Virus record (IMG/VR): IMGVR_UViG_3300028549_000365
Location: 1 to 64,000 of that record
DNA: 64,000 nucleotides
Source: a virus
Lineage: Duplodnaviria > Caudoviricetes
Reading direction: 5' to 3' (one strand)
Positions 63,629 through 64,000 of this stretch are shown here, piece after piece. The notes below the pieces were generated by a model. The model saw only the letters and a program-made list of their open reading frames with translations. It did not search any database and had not been told where the DNA came from. Position 1 is the stretch's first letter. Each line of letters opens with the position of its first letter. Position numbers and translations under genes: made by a program.

Positions 63629-64000
63629 ATGAATAATACACTATACCAAATAATGGTAAACAACACACCAAAGTTCAATAAGGATGTAACAGAGGGTACA
63701 GCTAAAGGTATATTCGAGACAGTTCCTGAGTATATAAACGACAGAATAATATCTGGTATGTTGGCGTTATCACCTAGTGTTGATATGAAATACTTAGGTC
63801 TTAGATATGTAACTCCTAAAGAGGAAGTTACTAAGATAGTGTTTAATAACATCAATAGTGTTCTATACGATATAGCTAAGAATGATATCTATCTAGTTGA
63901 ATTAAAATTCACTTACCAAGGTAAACCGTTCTCTAGATATTTATATTTACCTTACTCTGAACCAGGTAACTTAATAACATTCTCAGATACATTGTATCAT
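63629..64000 (+). CDS. non-virion RNA polymerase beta-like subunit, N-terminal part (phiKZ gp123-like; 3'-truncated, absent from the ORF track)
   Basis: Own translation MNNTLYQIMVNNTPKFNKDVTEG...EYIN...YLGLRYVTPKEE...YDIAKNDIYLVELKFTYQG...RYLYLPY; open to the window end; matches gp123-family motifs and synteny. Confidence 0.75.
   Translation, partial: MNNTLYQIMVNNTPKFNKDVTEGTAKGIFETVPEYINDRIISGMLALSPSVDMKYLGLRYVTPKEEVTKIVFNNINSVLYDIAKNDIYLVELKFTYQGKPFSRYLYLPYSEPGNLITFSDTLYH

Noticed and set aside
1-64000. Stop-codon reassignment
   Set aside because: Genes tile densely under the standard code and known proteins (ThyX, NrdJ, capsid, DnaB) are full length; TAA, TAG and TGA all act as stops.
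1-64000. tRNA or rRNA genes
   Set aside because: No cloverleaf or T-loop GTTCGA-type context found in the few intergenic gaps by eye; tRNAscan-SE would be decisive.

Overview
AT-rich 64-kb segment of a phiKZ-like jumbo phage genome (tailed dsDNA phage with a multisubunit RNA polymerase). Sequence style of ThyX and a Cys-rich small protein suggests a Campylobacterota host (inference). Layout: (1) 1-5.9 kb, receptor-binding/fibre genes (two RCC1/BLIP-II propeller proteins, Mtd_N-like anchors, two fibre proteins); (2) 5.9-31 kb, about 55 small, tightly packed plus-strand early/accessory genes behind a recurring CATATATTATTAA promoter motif, including a NADAR-macrodomain-SLOG fusion, ThyX, a SemiSWEET transporter and a ClpP-like protein; (3) 31-38.6 kb, two convergent M15 peptidases (endolysins) followed by an operon encoding a membrane protein, a receiver-domain protein, a sensor histidine kinase with a Cys-rich insertion, a secreted Cys-rich protein and an outer-membrane beta-barrel, then a permuted papain amidase, a head protein and a second beta-barrel; (4) 38.6-49 kb, virion structural genes; (5) 49-57.6 kb, small genes (KH-like protein), a minus-strand block (ACP, HTH protein, Cys-rich protein, class II RNR split by a class 3 intein) and an AAA ATPase; (6) 57.7-64 kb, the phiKZ core block DnaB, major capsid protein and the start of a non-virion RNAP beta subunit. 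No tRNA, rRNA, CRISPR array, integrase or reverse transcriptase was seen. The best candidate for a new system is the phage-encoded, envelope-spanning two-component signalling operon beside the lysis genes; second is the triple-domain anti-ADP-ribosylation protein. All family calls come from motif recognition by eye, not database searches.
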